A stretch of 64,000 bases of DNA from an uncultured Bacilli bacterium (GCA_944332005.1 CALVJD010000002.1:3836-67835), one strand, 5' to 3'; shown: positions 1 to 10,117, counted from the stretch's first letter. The notes: generated by a model from the letters alone, not told the origin. A program made the numbers and translations.

Positions 1-831
1 TACTTCATGAAAGCTTTATTATCGATGGTGATTGGAAGTGAGGTAAAAACCAAAGAATATATTTATGAGTGTAAACTGAATCACATCGATATTTTAAAAC
101 CAGATATCAATTTGAGTACAGAAGAGTATAAAATTGAAGAATTTGGCATTCGTTATCCTTTAACCAATATTAAAAATGTAGGTACTAGTACCATAAAAAC
201 GATTTTAAAAGAACGAGAAAAAGGACCTTTTCAAGATATTTTTGACGTGATGAGGAGACTTTATGGAAAGGGAGTCAATCGTAAAGTATTAGAAAGTTTG
301 ATTGCGGCAGGTGTATTTACTTCGTTTGGCCTTAGTCGTCAAACATTGGAATACAATTTGGATGTTTTAATCAACTATGGCGATTTAATGAAAGATTTAA
401 ACGAAGAATTTGTAGAAAAGCCCGAATTGGAAATAAAACCAGAATATCCAAAATCAGTATTGATGGAAAAAGAACTAGATGTGTTTGGTTTTTATCTATC
501 GAATCATCCCGTGACGGAGTATAAGTTGAAATATCCAAATAGTGTTGCGATTGGTGATTTGAACAAATATTTTGATACTACCATTGAAACTGTCCTTTAT
601 GTTGAACATGCTAAGGAAGTTTTGACTAAAAAAAATGACAAGATGTGTTTTCTTTCTGGTAGTGATGAATTATCGACGATCGATGTCGTATTATTTCCGA
701 AGATGTATCAAAAATACGCTCATGTCAAAGTCGGTGATATTTTACTTGTGACAGCGAAAGTGGAAAAAAGGTACGATAAATTACAACTTGTGGCAAGTGA
801 CCTGTTGCTTTTAAAAGAAGAAAATAAATGA
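1..831 (+). CDS. dnaE: DNA polymerase III alpha subunit, C-terminal fragment (5' end lies outside the window)
   Basis: The open frame runs from base 1. The HhH/OB-fold C-terminal region is typical of DnaE-type Pol III alpha. Confidence 0.7.
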   Translation, partial: YFMKALLSMVIGSEVKTKEYIYECKLNHIDILKPDINLSTEEYKIEEFGIRYPLTNIKNVGTSTIKTILKEREKGPFQDIFDVMRRLYGKGVNRKVLESLIAAGVFTSFGLSRQTLEYNLDVLINYGDLMKDLNEEFVEKPELEIKPEYPKSVLMEKELDVFGFYLSNHPVTEYKLKYPNSVAIGDLNKYFDTTIETVLYVEHAKEVLTKKNDKMCFLSGSDELSTIDVVLFPKMYQKYAHVKVGDILLVTAKVEKRYDKLQLVASDLLLLKEENK

Positions 832-836
832 AAAAA

Positions 837-872
837 ATCCCATTATCTTTATTTAGTAATGGGATTTTTTTC
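837..872 (+). terminator. rho-independent terminator
   Basis: Hairpin atcccattat...taatgggat followed by a T-run. Confidence 0.7.
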
Positions 873-1103
873 AAACAAAAGAACGGTCCCCCTGAGAACC
901 GTTCCATAAAAGAATAAAAAGGGGTTGGCTAGTGTGATACTAGCATGCCAATTCGCCTAATTCGAATTGGTACTGTATATACTAATCGATCTTGTCCTTT
1001 TTGTCAAGCCTTTTTTGTTCAAAATGAGAGAAAATCCTGATAAATTAGTTGATAAACGAACAACTGTTTGTTATAATGAATAAGTAGAAAGCATGGTGAG
1101 AAA

Positions 1104-3095
1104 ATGCTGGAAGAAATGAAAGGAATCGGACCAAAGTCACTCCGTTTATTAGAAAAGTTAAATATTCATAATGTAAACGATCTTGTCATGTATTATCCAT
1201 TTCGTTATGATGTGATTAAAAGAAGCGACATGGAAATGCTTACTCAAGATGATCCTATTATTATGGATGGGGTAGTAGAAAATGTTCCCTCGCTTTTTCA
1301 CTTTAATCGAAAGATGAATAAAATGACATTTCGCATGCGTAGTGAGGAACAATTGTTTCAAGTTATCATCTATAATCGCGGTTTTTTAAAAAATAAATTA
1401 GTACCTGGCGTAGCAATTAGTGTTTTTGGGAAATACGATTTAAAAAGACATACGATTGTTGCCAGTGACCTTCGTTTTGGATTTCTTCCAGATGAAGTGA
1501 GAGTAGAACCGGTTTATCATGTAGTGAATGGTATTACATCGAAACAGTTGGGAAGTTTTATCGAAGAAGCACTTCATATGCCATTTGACGTGGTTGATTA
1601 TATTCCTGCACCTATTGCTTCTCATTATCATTTTTTAGAAAAAGAACAAAGTATTCGTGCCATGCATAAGCCCCAAAACATCGCCATGTTGAAACAGGCT
1701 AGATTGCGTACAAAATATGAAGAATTGTTTTTATTTATGCTCAAGATGAATTACTTAAAAAATAAAAAAGGAAAAGAACGAGGTATTAAAAGAAATGTTT
1801 CTTATGAAGAAGTAGAAGCATTTTTAGAACGATTACCATTTCATTTGACCGATGATCAAAAGAAATGTGTCGATGACATTTATCATGATTTAAACGATAT
1901 CCATAAGATGAATCGCTTATTGCAAGGTGATGTAGGAAGTGGAAAGACGATCGTAGCCTTTATTAGCATGTATATGAATTATTTAAGTGGTTATCAAAGT
2001 GCACTTATGGCACCGACGGAAATTTTGGCGATTCAGCATTATGAATCTTTGGCTCGTTTAGTAGAGGGTACGAATATTCATGTTGGATTGTTAACAGGAA
2101 AATTAAAGGCGAAAGAAAAGAAAGCATTATATGTAGGATTGAAAGATGGTACCATCGATATGGTGATTGGTACCCATGCTTTGATCAGTGAAGATGCCAT
2201 TTACCATAATCTGGGATTAGTCATTACTGATGAGCAGCATCGTTTTGGCGTCTCGCAACGAGGAAATCTAAAAAACAAAGGATTATTTCCTGATATTCTT
2301 TATATGAGTGCGACGCCTATTCCCCGAACCTATGCTTTGACAATCTATGGTGATATGGATATTTCTAGTATCAAAACGATGCCAAGTGGAAGGAAACCAG
2401 TTATCACAACGGTAAAATCGTTGAAAGAAATTACTTGGGTATTGAATGAAATGCTTCGAGAGTTAAAATTAGGTCACCAAGTTTATGTGATTGCACCTAT
2501 GATTGAAGAGAGTGAAAATAGTCATTTAGAAAATGTTAAAACATTGACAGAAAAGATGCAAAAGGCATTTGGAAAATATTTTCAAGTAGGAACGTTACAT
2601 GGTAAGATGAAGAGTACAGAAAAAGATGAAGTAATGAATGCGTTTAAAGAAAACCAAATACAAATCTTGATTAGTACGACGGTAATTGAGGTAGGAGTCG
2701 ATGTTGCAAATGCAACGATGATGGTGATTTTTGAAAGTGATCGCTTTGGTTTATCGAGTCTCCATCAACTACGAGGTCGAGTTGGCCGTAACGATTTACA
2801 ATCTTATTGTATTTTAATTGCCAGAAAAGATACCGAACGTTTACATGTTTTGGAAGAAACTTGTGATGGCTTTAAAATAAGCGAAGAAGATTTTAAACTT
2901 CGTGGAAGTGGTGATTTGTTTGGTTATCGTCAGAGTGGAGATATGAGCTTTCAAGTTGCTGATATAAAAAGAGATTATTCGATTTTGTTAAAGGCAAAAG
3001 AAGATAGTGAAGCTTTTTTAGAAAGTCCTCTTTACGATTCCGATGAATATAAATATGTGAAAAATATGATCGAACTAGCTGTGCAATTAGATTAA
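1104..3095 (+). CDS. recG: ATP-dependent DNA helicase RecG
   Basis: 663 aa with a wedge domain and a DEQH superfamily-2 helicase (GSGKT, TDEQHRFG, QLRGRVGR). Confidence 0.9.
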   Translation: MLEEMKGIGPKSLRLLEKLNIHNVNDLVMYYPFRYDVIKRSDMEMLTQDDPIIMDGVVENVPSLFHFNRKMNKMTFRMRSEEQLFQVIIYNRGFLKNKLVPGVAISVFGKYDLKRHTIVASDLRFGFLPDEVRVEPVYHVVNGITSKQLGSFIEEALHMPFDVVDYIPAPIASHYHFLEKEQSIRAMHKPQNIAMLKQARLRTKYEELFLFMLKMNYLKNKKGKERGIKRNVSYEEVEAFLERLPFHLTDDQKKCVDDIYHDLNDIHKMNRLLQGDVGSGKTIVAFISMYMNYLSGYQSALMAPTEILAIQHYESLARLVEGTNIHVGLLTGKLKAKEKKALYVGLKDGTIDMVIGTHALISEDAIYHNLGLVITDEQHRFGVSQRGNLKNKGLFPDILYMSATPIPRTYALTIYGDMDISSIKTMPSGRKPVITTVKSLKEITWVLNEMLRELKLGHQVYVIAPMIEESENSHLENVKTLTEKMQKAFGKYFQVGTLHGKMKSTEKDEVMNAFKENQIQILISTTVIEVGVDVANATMMVIFESDRFGLSSLHQLRGRVGRNDLQSYCILIARKDTERLHVLEETCDGFKISEEDFKLRGSGDLFGYRQSGDMSFQVADIKRDYSILLKAKEDSEAFLESPLYDSDEYKYVKNMIELAVQLD

Positions 3096-3103
3096 TTTGT
3101 AAC

Positions 3104-3131
3104 TTGACTTTTTTTCGGTTGCTGTTATAAT
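3104..3131 (+). promoter_or_regulatory. sigma-A-type promoter (TTGACT, 16 bp spacer, TGtTATAAT)
   Basis: Consensus -35 and extended -10 hexamers read directly from the sequence. Confidence 0.5.
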
Positions 3132-3138
3132 GATAATA

Positions 3139-3235
3139 GCGTGAATACGTTCACGCTTGAGGCTCTTACGGACTAAGTGTGAGAGTGCTCAACCAAAAAA
3201 CCCCCTGAGATCCCTAGTAATAGGGATCATTTTTG
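3139..3235 (+). ncRNA. candidate small RNA of about 95 nt (5' hairpin plus intrinsic terminator); no family recognised
   Basis: It has its own promoter and a perfect 5' inverted repeat gcgtgaa-tac-gttcacgc. A terminator hairpin gatccctag-taa-tagggatc with a T-run follows. No ORF is present, and a second promoter lies downstream for the next gene. Confidence 0.3.
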
Positions 3236-3346
3236 TGCTTATTTCACTAGTTTACTTTTTTTTGACAAAAAAACGTAAAATAACTATTTTTTTATAGTAA
3301 AATATGCTATAATTCATGTATGGAATATAAAAGGAGGAAATAATAT

Positions 3347-3634
3347 ATGGAAGAAAAACAAATGATTAATGTAATAAAAGAAGACGGAACCCCTGGAGAA
3401 GCTGAAGTTTTGTTGAATTTCACTTTAGATCTTACTGGAAAGGAATATCTTTTATATACATTTAATGAAGTAGATGAAAAAGGTTTAGTAACGGTTCATG
3501 CTTCAACGGTAGATCGTAGTAATAATGGTCATGTTGTGTTAAAGGGAATTGATACAGACGAAGAGTGGTCTGAGATCAAACGTGTCATGAAAGAAGTTAT
3601 CAAACAAGTTCAAGCATCAAAAAAAAGCGAATAG
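3347..3634 (+). CDS. DUF1292-family small protein
   Basis: 95 aa preceded by the RBS aaaggagg. The sequence pattern is typical of Firmicutes DUF1292 proteins. Confidence 0.6.
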   Translation: MEEKQMINVIKEDGTPGEAEVLLNFTLDLTGKEYLLYTFNEVDEKGLVTVHASTVDRSNNGHVVLKGIDTDEEWSEIKRVMKEVIKQVQASKKSE

Positions 3635-3646
3635 GAGTGATCATTC

Positions 3647-4993
3647 ATGGTAAATGAAGAAACATTAGGAATAGCACGCGAAGAGTTACGTGACGCTAAA
3701 AAGAATATGTATTATCAAATATTTGAACGTGGGAAAGAACAAGGTTATAGCGATGATCAGATAATAAAATTTATGGAAGAGCCTATACCAGCTCCTATGA
3801 ATTATAAGGAAAGACAACGTTATCTTGCGGAAAATGGGAACGAAGCAGTACTGATAAATGATAATAATTTTTGGCAATTTGCGACGCGTTTAAAAACACT
3901 TTATGATGAAAAATTGTCTCATTATAACAAGTTAGAACGAGAGTATAATCATCAGTTGTTGGTTGAAGAAAAACGTGAACAATTTAATCTTCGCCTTATG
4001 GAAATTAAAGAAGAAGAAGCACGTTTGACTGATGAAGTAGAACCAAACGGTGTGGCTGAATATTATACGAAAATGCAAGAATTAGAAAAGGAAAGAAAGC
4101 AACTTGCAAATAAATTATCATTTTTGTCCTTACATCCAGAATTAGTTGAAAAAATTGATCAAATTACCATTCATGATGATATGACTTATACCAATCCTGA
4201 AGTTAAAACTTATATGGAACGTTTGCAAGAAGAGAAAACGAAGGTAGAACAAGAGAAAAAAGTAGAAGAAGAAAAGAAATCGGAAGAAGAGAAGAAATCG
4301 GAAGAAGAGAAGGTGAAAGTAGATCCTAATCCTTCTAATCAAGAGGAAAAACAAGATCAAATACAAGATTCAAAGGTAGAAAAGCCGTTAGAGGATATCA
4401 AGCAAGAAGGAAGTAAGAAAAGTAAAGCATTACCTAAAATGGTAAAAAGTTTGGCAGGTGCTGGAAAAGTATTAGCAGCAGGTGCGATTGTAGGAGCTAC
4501 TTTACTTGGTTTTGGTACGATTGTTGCTACTTTCGGAACTGCTGTTGGGACTGCTGTCGCAATTGGGGGTGGAGTAACTGCTGGTGCAGTTTACGTGGCT
4601 CGAAAATTCCATATACCAGGAAAATTAAAGGAATTTATTTTCGCTCCTGAAGATTCGATTGAAGAAGAAGATAGCCGTGATATTCGTATGACCAATGAAT
4701 ATGTAGAAGATCTTAAAGAGGCTAATAATCAAGTAAAAATTGAAAATCATATGGAACCTGTACAGGATCCAAATAAAGTTGTCGAAGAAGAAATTCCTAC
4801 ATTACATGCGTCAGATGATCAGGGACGAGCTGTCATTGAACCGGTCGGTGATCCACAGAAGACGGATGAATTAGAAATTGAAGCTCCAAAATCAATTCAA
4901 ATTCAAACGTTGAACCAAGCAAAGCAAAACTTACAAGAAAATGCTAAAACTTTAATTAGTCAAGCGGTTGAAAGTAACGCTTATACTAAATAG
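3647..4993 (+). CDS. hypothetical coiled-coil protein with KKSEEE repeats and a Gly/Ala-zipper transmembrane segment
   Basis: 448 aa. It contains tandem KKSEEEK repeats and a hydrophobic stretch AGAIVGATLLGFGTIVATFGTAVGTAVAIGGG. No catalytic motif was found. Confidence 0.5.
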   Translation: MVNEETLGIAREELRDAKKNMYYQIFERGKEQGYSDDQIIKFMEEPIPAPMNYKERQRYLAENGNEAVLINDNNFWQFATRLKTLYDEKLSHYNKLEREYNHQLLVEEKREQFNLRLMEIKEEEARLTDEVEPNGVAEYYTKMQELEKERKQLANKLSFLSLHPELVEKIDQITIHDDMTYTNPEVKTYMERLQEEKTKVEQEKKVEEEKKSEEEKKSEEEKVKVDPNPSNQEEKQDQIQDSKVEKPLEDIKQEGSKKSKALPKMVKSLAGAGKVLAAGAIVGATLLGFGTIVATFGTAVGTAVAIGGGVTAGAVYVARKFHIPGKLKEFIFAPEDSIEEEDSRDIRMTNEYVEDLKEANNQVKIENHMEPVQDPNKVVEEEIPTLHASDDQGRAVIEPVGDPQKTDELEIEAPKSIQIQTLNQAKQNLQENAKTLISQAVESNAYTK

Positions 4994-5047
4994 AGATAGT
5001 TTAAAATTGTTCAAATAGTTCATACTAAAAATAATGAGGTGATTAAT

Positions 5048-5518
5048 ATGAAAAAAATTGCTTTATTATTTTTTTTGTTGATTTTTTTGATCAGAATATG
5101 TGATTCTCATCCAATATTACAACCTATGATTGGGGTGAGTGGTTATTTAGATCGTGATCCTTTTCTTGCTACTTATGAAATTGATTTTAGCAATTTGCAA
5201 GTAAATACGAACAATTTAAAAGATTACTTGTTGGAAGATATGGAAGTATTGATGATAAAGCCATTTTTTTCTGAGGTTGTAGATAAAAAAATAAAACAAA
5301 AGGAGTTTTATTTTAATTATGCGAGTAATCAAAATAATTTGGATCGAATGCTTACATATTATCAAAAAATATTGAGAGAAAATGGTTTTATAAAAGAACT
5401 TACCCAAATTGATTATATGGGAATCCGCATTTTAAAGGTTAGAGTAAAAGCTTCTCATGCCACTATGGAAGCCTTGCAAAATCGTGAACCAAAGATTCGA
5501 TATCAACCAGTTTATTAA
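5048..5518 (+). CDS. secreted hypothetical protein
   Basis: ATG at 5048 follows the RBS gaggtga. The N-terminus is a signal peptide MKKIALLFFLLIFLIRICDS. The track start at 5039 is a GTG. Confidence 0.55.
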   Translation: MKKIALLFFLLIFLIRICDSHPILQPMIGVSGYLDRDPFLATYEIDFSNLQVNTNNLKDYLLEDMEVLMIKPFFSEVVDKKIKQKEFYFNYASNQNNLDRMLTYYQKILRENGFIKELTQIDYMGIRILKVRVKASHATMEALQNREPKIRYQPVY

Positions 5519-5587
5519 GAACGTGTGTCGTTCTTTTTTCTTGTCATTTATCATATTTTGTAGTATACTGAGTTCAAGGTGATAAGT

Positions 5588-6013
5588 ATGGTTTATATAT
5601 GGCTTGGAATAATTATTTTACTTACTTTAATCGAATTGATGACGGTCAATTTGACCACTATTTGGTTCGTGATTAGTGGATTGGTTGCTCTGGGTGTTTC
5701 CTTTATCAATGATAGTTTTCTTGTTCAATTTGGTTGGTTTGCTGTTTTGGGAATTATATTATTAGTGATTACTCGTCCACTTTTGCAAAAATGGCTCGTT
5801 AGAGATGGAGAAAAGACGAATTTAGATCGTGTTGTTGGAATGGAAGGTGTCGTAACTGAAGAAATTACGAGAAAACATATGGGGGAAGTAAAGGTAGACG
5901 GGAAAAAATGGACTGCTTTTATCGATACGGGACGTAAAATTAAGGTTGGATGTACCGTTCGAGTACTAGCCATTGATGGAGTAAAGTTAAAGGTAGAAGA
6001 AGTAGAGGAGTAG
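5588..6013 (+). CDS. NfeD-family membrane protein (short form)
   Basis: Two TM helices plus a C-terminal OB-like domain, located upstream of an SPFH gene. The start was moved to the ATG after the RBS aaggtga. Confidence 0.75.
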   Translation: MVYIWLGIIILLTLIELMTVNLTTIWFVISGLVALGVSFINDSFLVQFGWFAVLGIILLVITRPLLQKWLVRDGEKTNLDRVVGMEGVVTEEITRKHMGEVKVDGKKWTAFIDTGRKIKVGCTVRVLAIDGVKLKVEEVEE

Positions 6014-6017
6014 TTGT

Positions 6018-6917
6018 ATGGAGTTATTTATTATTTTAGTTGTATTGGCTGCCGTTTTAATCATTCCTAATATTAAAGTCGTACCACAAGCCAAAGCATA
6101 TGTAATTGAACGAATTGGTTCTTATTATGGTACCTGGTCAAACGGGTTACATTTTAAAATTCCGTTCGTCGATCGTATTTCTAATCGTGTCAGTTTAAAG
6201 GAAATTGTAAAGGATTTTGATCCACAACCAGTGATTACCAAAGATAATGTTACGATGCAGATTGACACTGTAGTTTATTTTCAAATTACGGATGCAAAAC
6301 TATATACTTATGGTGTTGAAGATCCTATCCGCGCCATTGAAAATTTAACAGCGACTACGCTTCGTAATTTGATTGGTGATTTGGAGCTCGATCAAACGTT
6401 AACATCTAGAGATATTATCAATTCTAAAATGCGTGCTATTTTAGATGAAGCAACTGACCCATGGGGTATTAAAGTGAATCGTGTTGAAGTAAAAAATATT
6501 ATTCCTCCTCGTGATATTCAAGAGGCGATGGAAAAACAAATGCGTGCAGAACGTGAACGTCGCGAAAAAATTTTACAAGCAGAAGGAGAGAAAAAATCTA
6601 GTATCTTGATTGCTGAAGGAGAAAAAGAAAGTGCTATCTTGCGTGCAGAAGCGAAACGTGAAAGTCAAATTCGGATTGCCGAAGGCGAAGCAGAAGCTAT
6701 TTTAAAACTAAAAGAAGCAGAAGCACAGGGAATTAAATTGTTAAAAGAGGCAAAGGCTGATCAGGCTGTTTTAACATTAAAAAGTTTTGATGCTCTTAGA
6801 GATCTTGCAAATGGAGAAGCGACCAAAATTATTGTTCCATCTGATTTACAGAATATGGCTACTTTAGGTGTAACTTTAAAAGAAATGTTTCAAGAACATA
6901 ATAAGAAGGGATCATAG
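6018..6917 (+). CDS. SPFH/Band 7 (stomatin-like) protein
   Basis: N-terminal TM helix, an SPFH core and a C-terminal Ala/Glu-rich coiled coil. It forms the classic NfeD-SPFH operon. Confidence 0.85.
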   Translation: MELFIILVVLAAVLIIPNIKVVPQAKAYVIERIGSYYGTWSNGLHFKIPFVDRISNRVSLKEIVKDFDPQPVITKDNVTMQIDTVVYFQITDAKLYTYGVEDPIRAIENLTATTLRNLIGDLELDQTLTSRDIINSKMRAILDEATDPWGIKVNRVEVKNIIPPRDIQEAMEKQMRAERERREKILQAEGEKKSSILIAEGEKESAILRAEAKRESQIRIAEGEAEAILKLKEAEAQGIKLLKEAKADQAVLTLKSFDALRDLANGEATKIIVPSDLQNMATLGVTLKEMFQEHNKKGS

Positions 6918-7694
6918 ATGAATCGTTTATTACAGAGCGTTTGGAATGTTATAAGAGTAATCATTTGGCCTGTTTTACTGGGAATTGGTCAATTTCTAAT
7001 TGCTTTTATTTTGACTTATGCCTATTTAACGATTCATCAGATATCGGATGTTAGTGATGTTGTAGTGCAAAAAGAACTGAATCAGTTTGTTGCTGATTAT
7101 ACGTGGATTGTCTTTTTGTGGAACATGTTATTAATTTTCCTTTTTTCTTTTTTTTATAAAAAGTCGATCTCACGTAAGAAACAAAGAGGGAATATAAAAG
7201 AGTTTTTTTTGATCGCTATGATCGGAATAGGATTAGCACTTACGAGTGATATCGTGTTACAATTTTTGTTTCCAGTAACGGTTTCAAACGATATTCATTA
7301 TCATTTATGGATGCAAATTTTAACGATCGGTATTACTGGTCCTATTTTGGAAGAATTGGTTTTTCGAGGCATTATGTTTGAAGAATTAAAGAAACAATTT
7401 TCTGGTTTTTGGCCAGCATTGATCGTTACTTTGATTTTTGCTTTCTGTCATCAAGGTATTAGTCAAATCATTTATGCCTTGATTATGGGAACATTATTTA
7501 TATGGATTTATATGCGAACTAGTAATTTAAAATTATCGATGTTTGCTCATATCAGTGTGAATATTAGTACGTTATGTTTAGCGTCTTTCTCGTTTTCATC
7601 GGGAACGTTCTTAGCCATTCTTTTATTAATTTTTCTAGTTTTGTTTGGAATTAGTTTTTATTTCTTTGTCGAAGATAGTCAAAAAATAGAGTGA
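6918..7694 (+). CDS. CPBP-family intramembrane metalloprotease (CAAX protease-like)
   Basis: Motifs EELVFRG, FAFCHQG and HISVN inside a polytopic membrane protein. Confidence 0.8.
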   Translation: MNRLLQSVWNVIRVIIWPVLLGIGQFLIAFILTYAYLTIHQISDVSDVVVQKELNQFVADYTWIVFLWNMLLIFLFSFFYKKSISRKKQRGNIKEFFLIAMIGIGLALTSDIVLQFLFPVTVSNDIHYHLWMQILTIGITGPILEELVFRGIMFEELKKQFSGFWPALIVTLIFAFCHQGISQIIYALIMGTLFIWIYMRTSNLKLSMFAHISVNISTLCLASFSFSSGTFLAILLLIFLVLFGISFYFFVEDSQKIE

Positions 7695-7717
7695 ATTTTT
7701 TATTTCACTCTATTTTT
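7688..7717 (+). terminator. rho-independent terminator
   Basis: Hairpin agagtgaa...ttcactct followed by a T-run. Confidence 0.65.
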
Positions 7718-7763
7718 CCTGTAAAAACATAGAAAAATGAGGTATAATGTTAATGGTGATAAG

Positions 7764-8507
7764 ATGATAAAAAAAATCAATGATGTGAATATCAATTATA
7801 TCACATATGGAAATGAAAGAGGAGAAGATGTTGTTTTCTTACATGGTTGGGGTCAAAATATTCAAATGATGCGTCCACTAGGGGATTTGCTTGCTCGTGA
7901 TTATCATATTACTATTCTAGATTTACCTGGATTTGGAGAAAGTGATGAGCCAAAATATGCTTGGACTGTTTATGAATATGCAGAGTGTGTAAAACAATTA
8001 TTATCTAGTTTAGGAATTCGTAAACCCATCTTAGTAGGGCATTCTTTTGGAGGTAAAATTAGTTTACTTTATGCGAGTATGTATGATACGAATAAGTTGG
8101 TTTTACTTGCACCTACCTATAAAAAAGAAGTAACGAAATTATCCTTCAAAACAAAAGTGTTAAAATCATTGAAAAAAGTACCTGTTTTAAATCAGTTAGA
8201 AGGTTTTGCAAAAAAACATATTGGTTCGACTGACTATCGGAATGCTTCTCCTATTATGAGAGAGATTTTGACACTTCATGTCAATACTGACATCAGTGAA
8301 GAGTGCAAGAAAATCATGTGCCCTTCTTTAATTATTTGGGGTACGAATGATGAGGCGGTTCCTTACGTGCGTGCTCATCAATTAGAAGATTTAATTCGTA
8401 ATGCAGGTGTCGTTACTTATGAAGGATGTACACACTATGCTTATTTAGAACGTTTGCATCAAACGGTAAATGTTTTGTATAGTTTTTTTGGTAGCAAAGG
8501 AGAATAG
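7764..8507 (+). CDS. alpha/beta hydrolase
   Basis: HGWGQN and the nucleophile elbow GHSFGG. The start could instead be 7737, which has no RBS; 7764 follows ggtga. Confidence 0.75.
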   Translation: MIKKINDVNINYITYGNERGEDVVFLHGWGQNIQMMRPLGDLLARDYHITILDLPGFGESDEPKYAWTVYEYAECVKQLLSSLGIRKPILVGHSFGGKISLLYASMYDTNKLVLLAPTYKKEVTKLSFKTKVLKSLKKVPVLNQLEGFAKKHIGSTDYRNASPIMREILTLHVNTDISEECKKIMCPSLIIWGTNDEAVPYVRAHQLEDLIRNAGVVTYEGCTHYAYLERLHQTVNVLYSFFGSKGE

Positions 8508-8509
8508 TC

Positions 8510-10105
8510 ATGAGAATTTATTTTCTATTATCATTAATTCCATTGTTGATTTATTTTATTTTAAAAAGTAAAAAAGCATTACATATGTTGCAACAAAACT
8601 GGTATAACGAAGATGAACGCTTTTTTAAATGGATTATACAGAATCGCTACCGTGTGTTTGTCGATAATGATATGTTGTTTGTCGTAGCAGCATGTCTTGC
8701 CTTGGTTGTAAATTCTAATCTGGCTATGATTTTATTTGATTTTTTCTATATGGTAGTCACTTATCTTTACTTTACGAGAATGCGTAAAGAACAGGTAAAA
8801 AAACCACTTGTGTTTACAAAGCGTGTTATGCGTCTTTGTATTACGATTGTTCTTTTATACTTAATAGCTATTTTACCAATGATGATTTGGTTTGATGAAA
8901 ATTTGATTGGTTACTATTACTTTATTTTGGGTGCATTAATCTATTTTCATTATTTTGTTGTTATGTTGGCAGCATTCATCAATGTTCCAATCGAAAAAGG
9001 TGTTTTCTATTATTATAAACATCAAGCGTCTCGTAAACTTGCTAGTTTAAATCGTATGAAAGTGATTGGAATTACGGGGAGTTATGGGAAAACGAGTAGT
9101 AAGAATATTTTGAATGATATTTTGAATGTCAAATATATTGCTTTTGCGACTCCGAAGAATTTCAATACGACGTATGGATTAATTAATACAGTCAATAATT
9201 ATCTTGATAAATTTAATGATTATTTTATTGCTGAAATGGGTGCATTTAAACGTGGAGAAATCAAAGAATTGTGTGATTTTGTAAAACCTACTTATGGAAT
9301 TTTAACGACGATAGGAACTGCTCATTTGGAAAGTTTTGGTAGTCGTGAAAATATTCAAAAAGGGAAATTTGAATTGATCGAATCATTGCCAAGTGATGGT
9401 TGCGGTATTTTAAATGCTGATGATCCTTATCAACGTTCTTACGAGTTAAAGAATGATTGTAAGATTTTATGGATCGGTATCGAAAATCATGATGTTGATT
9501 TGTATGCAACTAATATTAAACTTTCTCATCAAGGTACTTCTTTTGATTGTGTTTTTAAAGGTGATAAAACGAAGTATCATTTTGAAACAAGGTTATTAGG
9601 GCGTCACAATATTTATAATATTTTGTCCTCTATTTGTTTAGGAAAGTATTTAGGCATTAGTATTCCAGAATTGCAACTAGCAGTAAAGCGTGTAAATCCT
9701 GTAGAACATCGTTTAGAATTAAAGAAATATGGGCAAATTAATATTATTGATGATGCTTATAATTCTAATCCAGTTGGTTCTAAAATGGCAGTTGAAGTAC
9801 TAGGAATGATGCCTGGAAAACGAATCATTGTAACGCCTGGTATGATCGAACTTGGAATTGAACAATATAAACTTAATAATGAATTTGGTCATGTGATTGC
9901 CGGTCATGCCGATATTGTGATTTTAATTGGAAAGGATCAAACAAAACCAATTTATGACGGTTTGAAAGAAGAAAAATTTAAAGAGAAAAATATTTATGTT
10001 TTGAATGATGTAAAAGAGGCTTTCCCTCTTGTAACAAAATTAAGTGAAGGTCATGAGACCTATGTATTACTAGAAAACGATTTACCTGATATATTTAACG
10101 AATAG
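8510..10105 (+). CDS. murF: Mur ligase family protein, MurF-like (UDP-MurNAc-tripeptide--D-Ala-D-Ala ligase) with an N-terminal polytopic membrane extension
   Basis: P-loop GITGSYGKTS and Mur ligase central and C-terminal domains. The first ~180 aa are hydrophobic TM helices instead of the canonical MurF N-domain. The gene sits next to ddl. Confidence 0.65.
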   Translation: MRIYFLLSLIPLLIYFILKSKKALHMLQQNWYNEDERFFKWIIQNRYRVFVDNDMLFVVAACLALVVNSNLAMILFDFFYMVVTYLYFTRMRKEQVKKPLVFTKRVMRLCITIVLLYLIAILPMMIWFDENLIGYYYFILGALIYFHYFVVMLAAFINVPIEKGVFYYYKHQASRKLASLNRMKVIGITGSYGKTSSKNILNDILNVKYIAFATPKNFNTTYGLINTVNNYLDKFNDYFIAEMGAFKRGEIKELCDFVKPTYGILTTIGTAHLESFGSRENIQKGKFELIESLPSDGCGILNADDPYQRSYELKNDCKILWIGIENHDVDLYATNIKLSHQGTSFDCVFKGDKTKYHFETRLLGRHNIYNILSSICLGKYLGISIPELQLAVKRVNPVEHRLELKKYGQINIIDDAYNSNPVGSKMAVEVLGMMPGKRIIVTPGMIELGIEQYKLNNEFGHVIAGHADIVILIGKDQTKPIYDGLKEEKFKEKNIYVLNDVKEAFPLVTKLSEGHETYVLLENDLPDIFNE

Positions 10106-10117
10106 GAGTGAAGTAAG

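Noticed and set aside
1-831. Alternative call as PolC C-terminus
   Set aside because: The C-terminal OB/HhH-like tail resembles the DnaE type rather than the PolC polymerase core. Only the last 276 aa are visible, so this is uncertain.
4142-4366. 74-aa minus-strand ORF rich in F/L within the KKSEEE repeat region
   Set aside because: It is an antisense reading of a GAA-rich repeat and is a low-complexity artefact.
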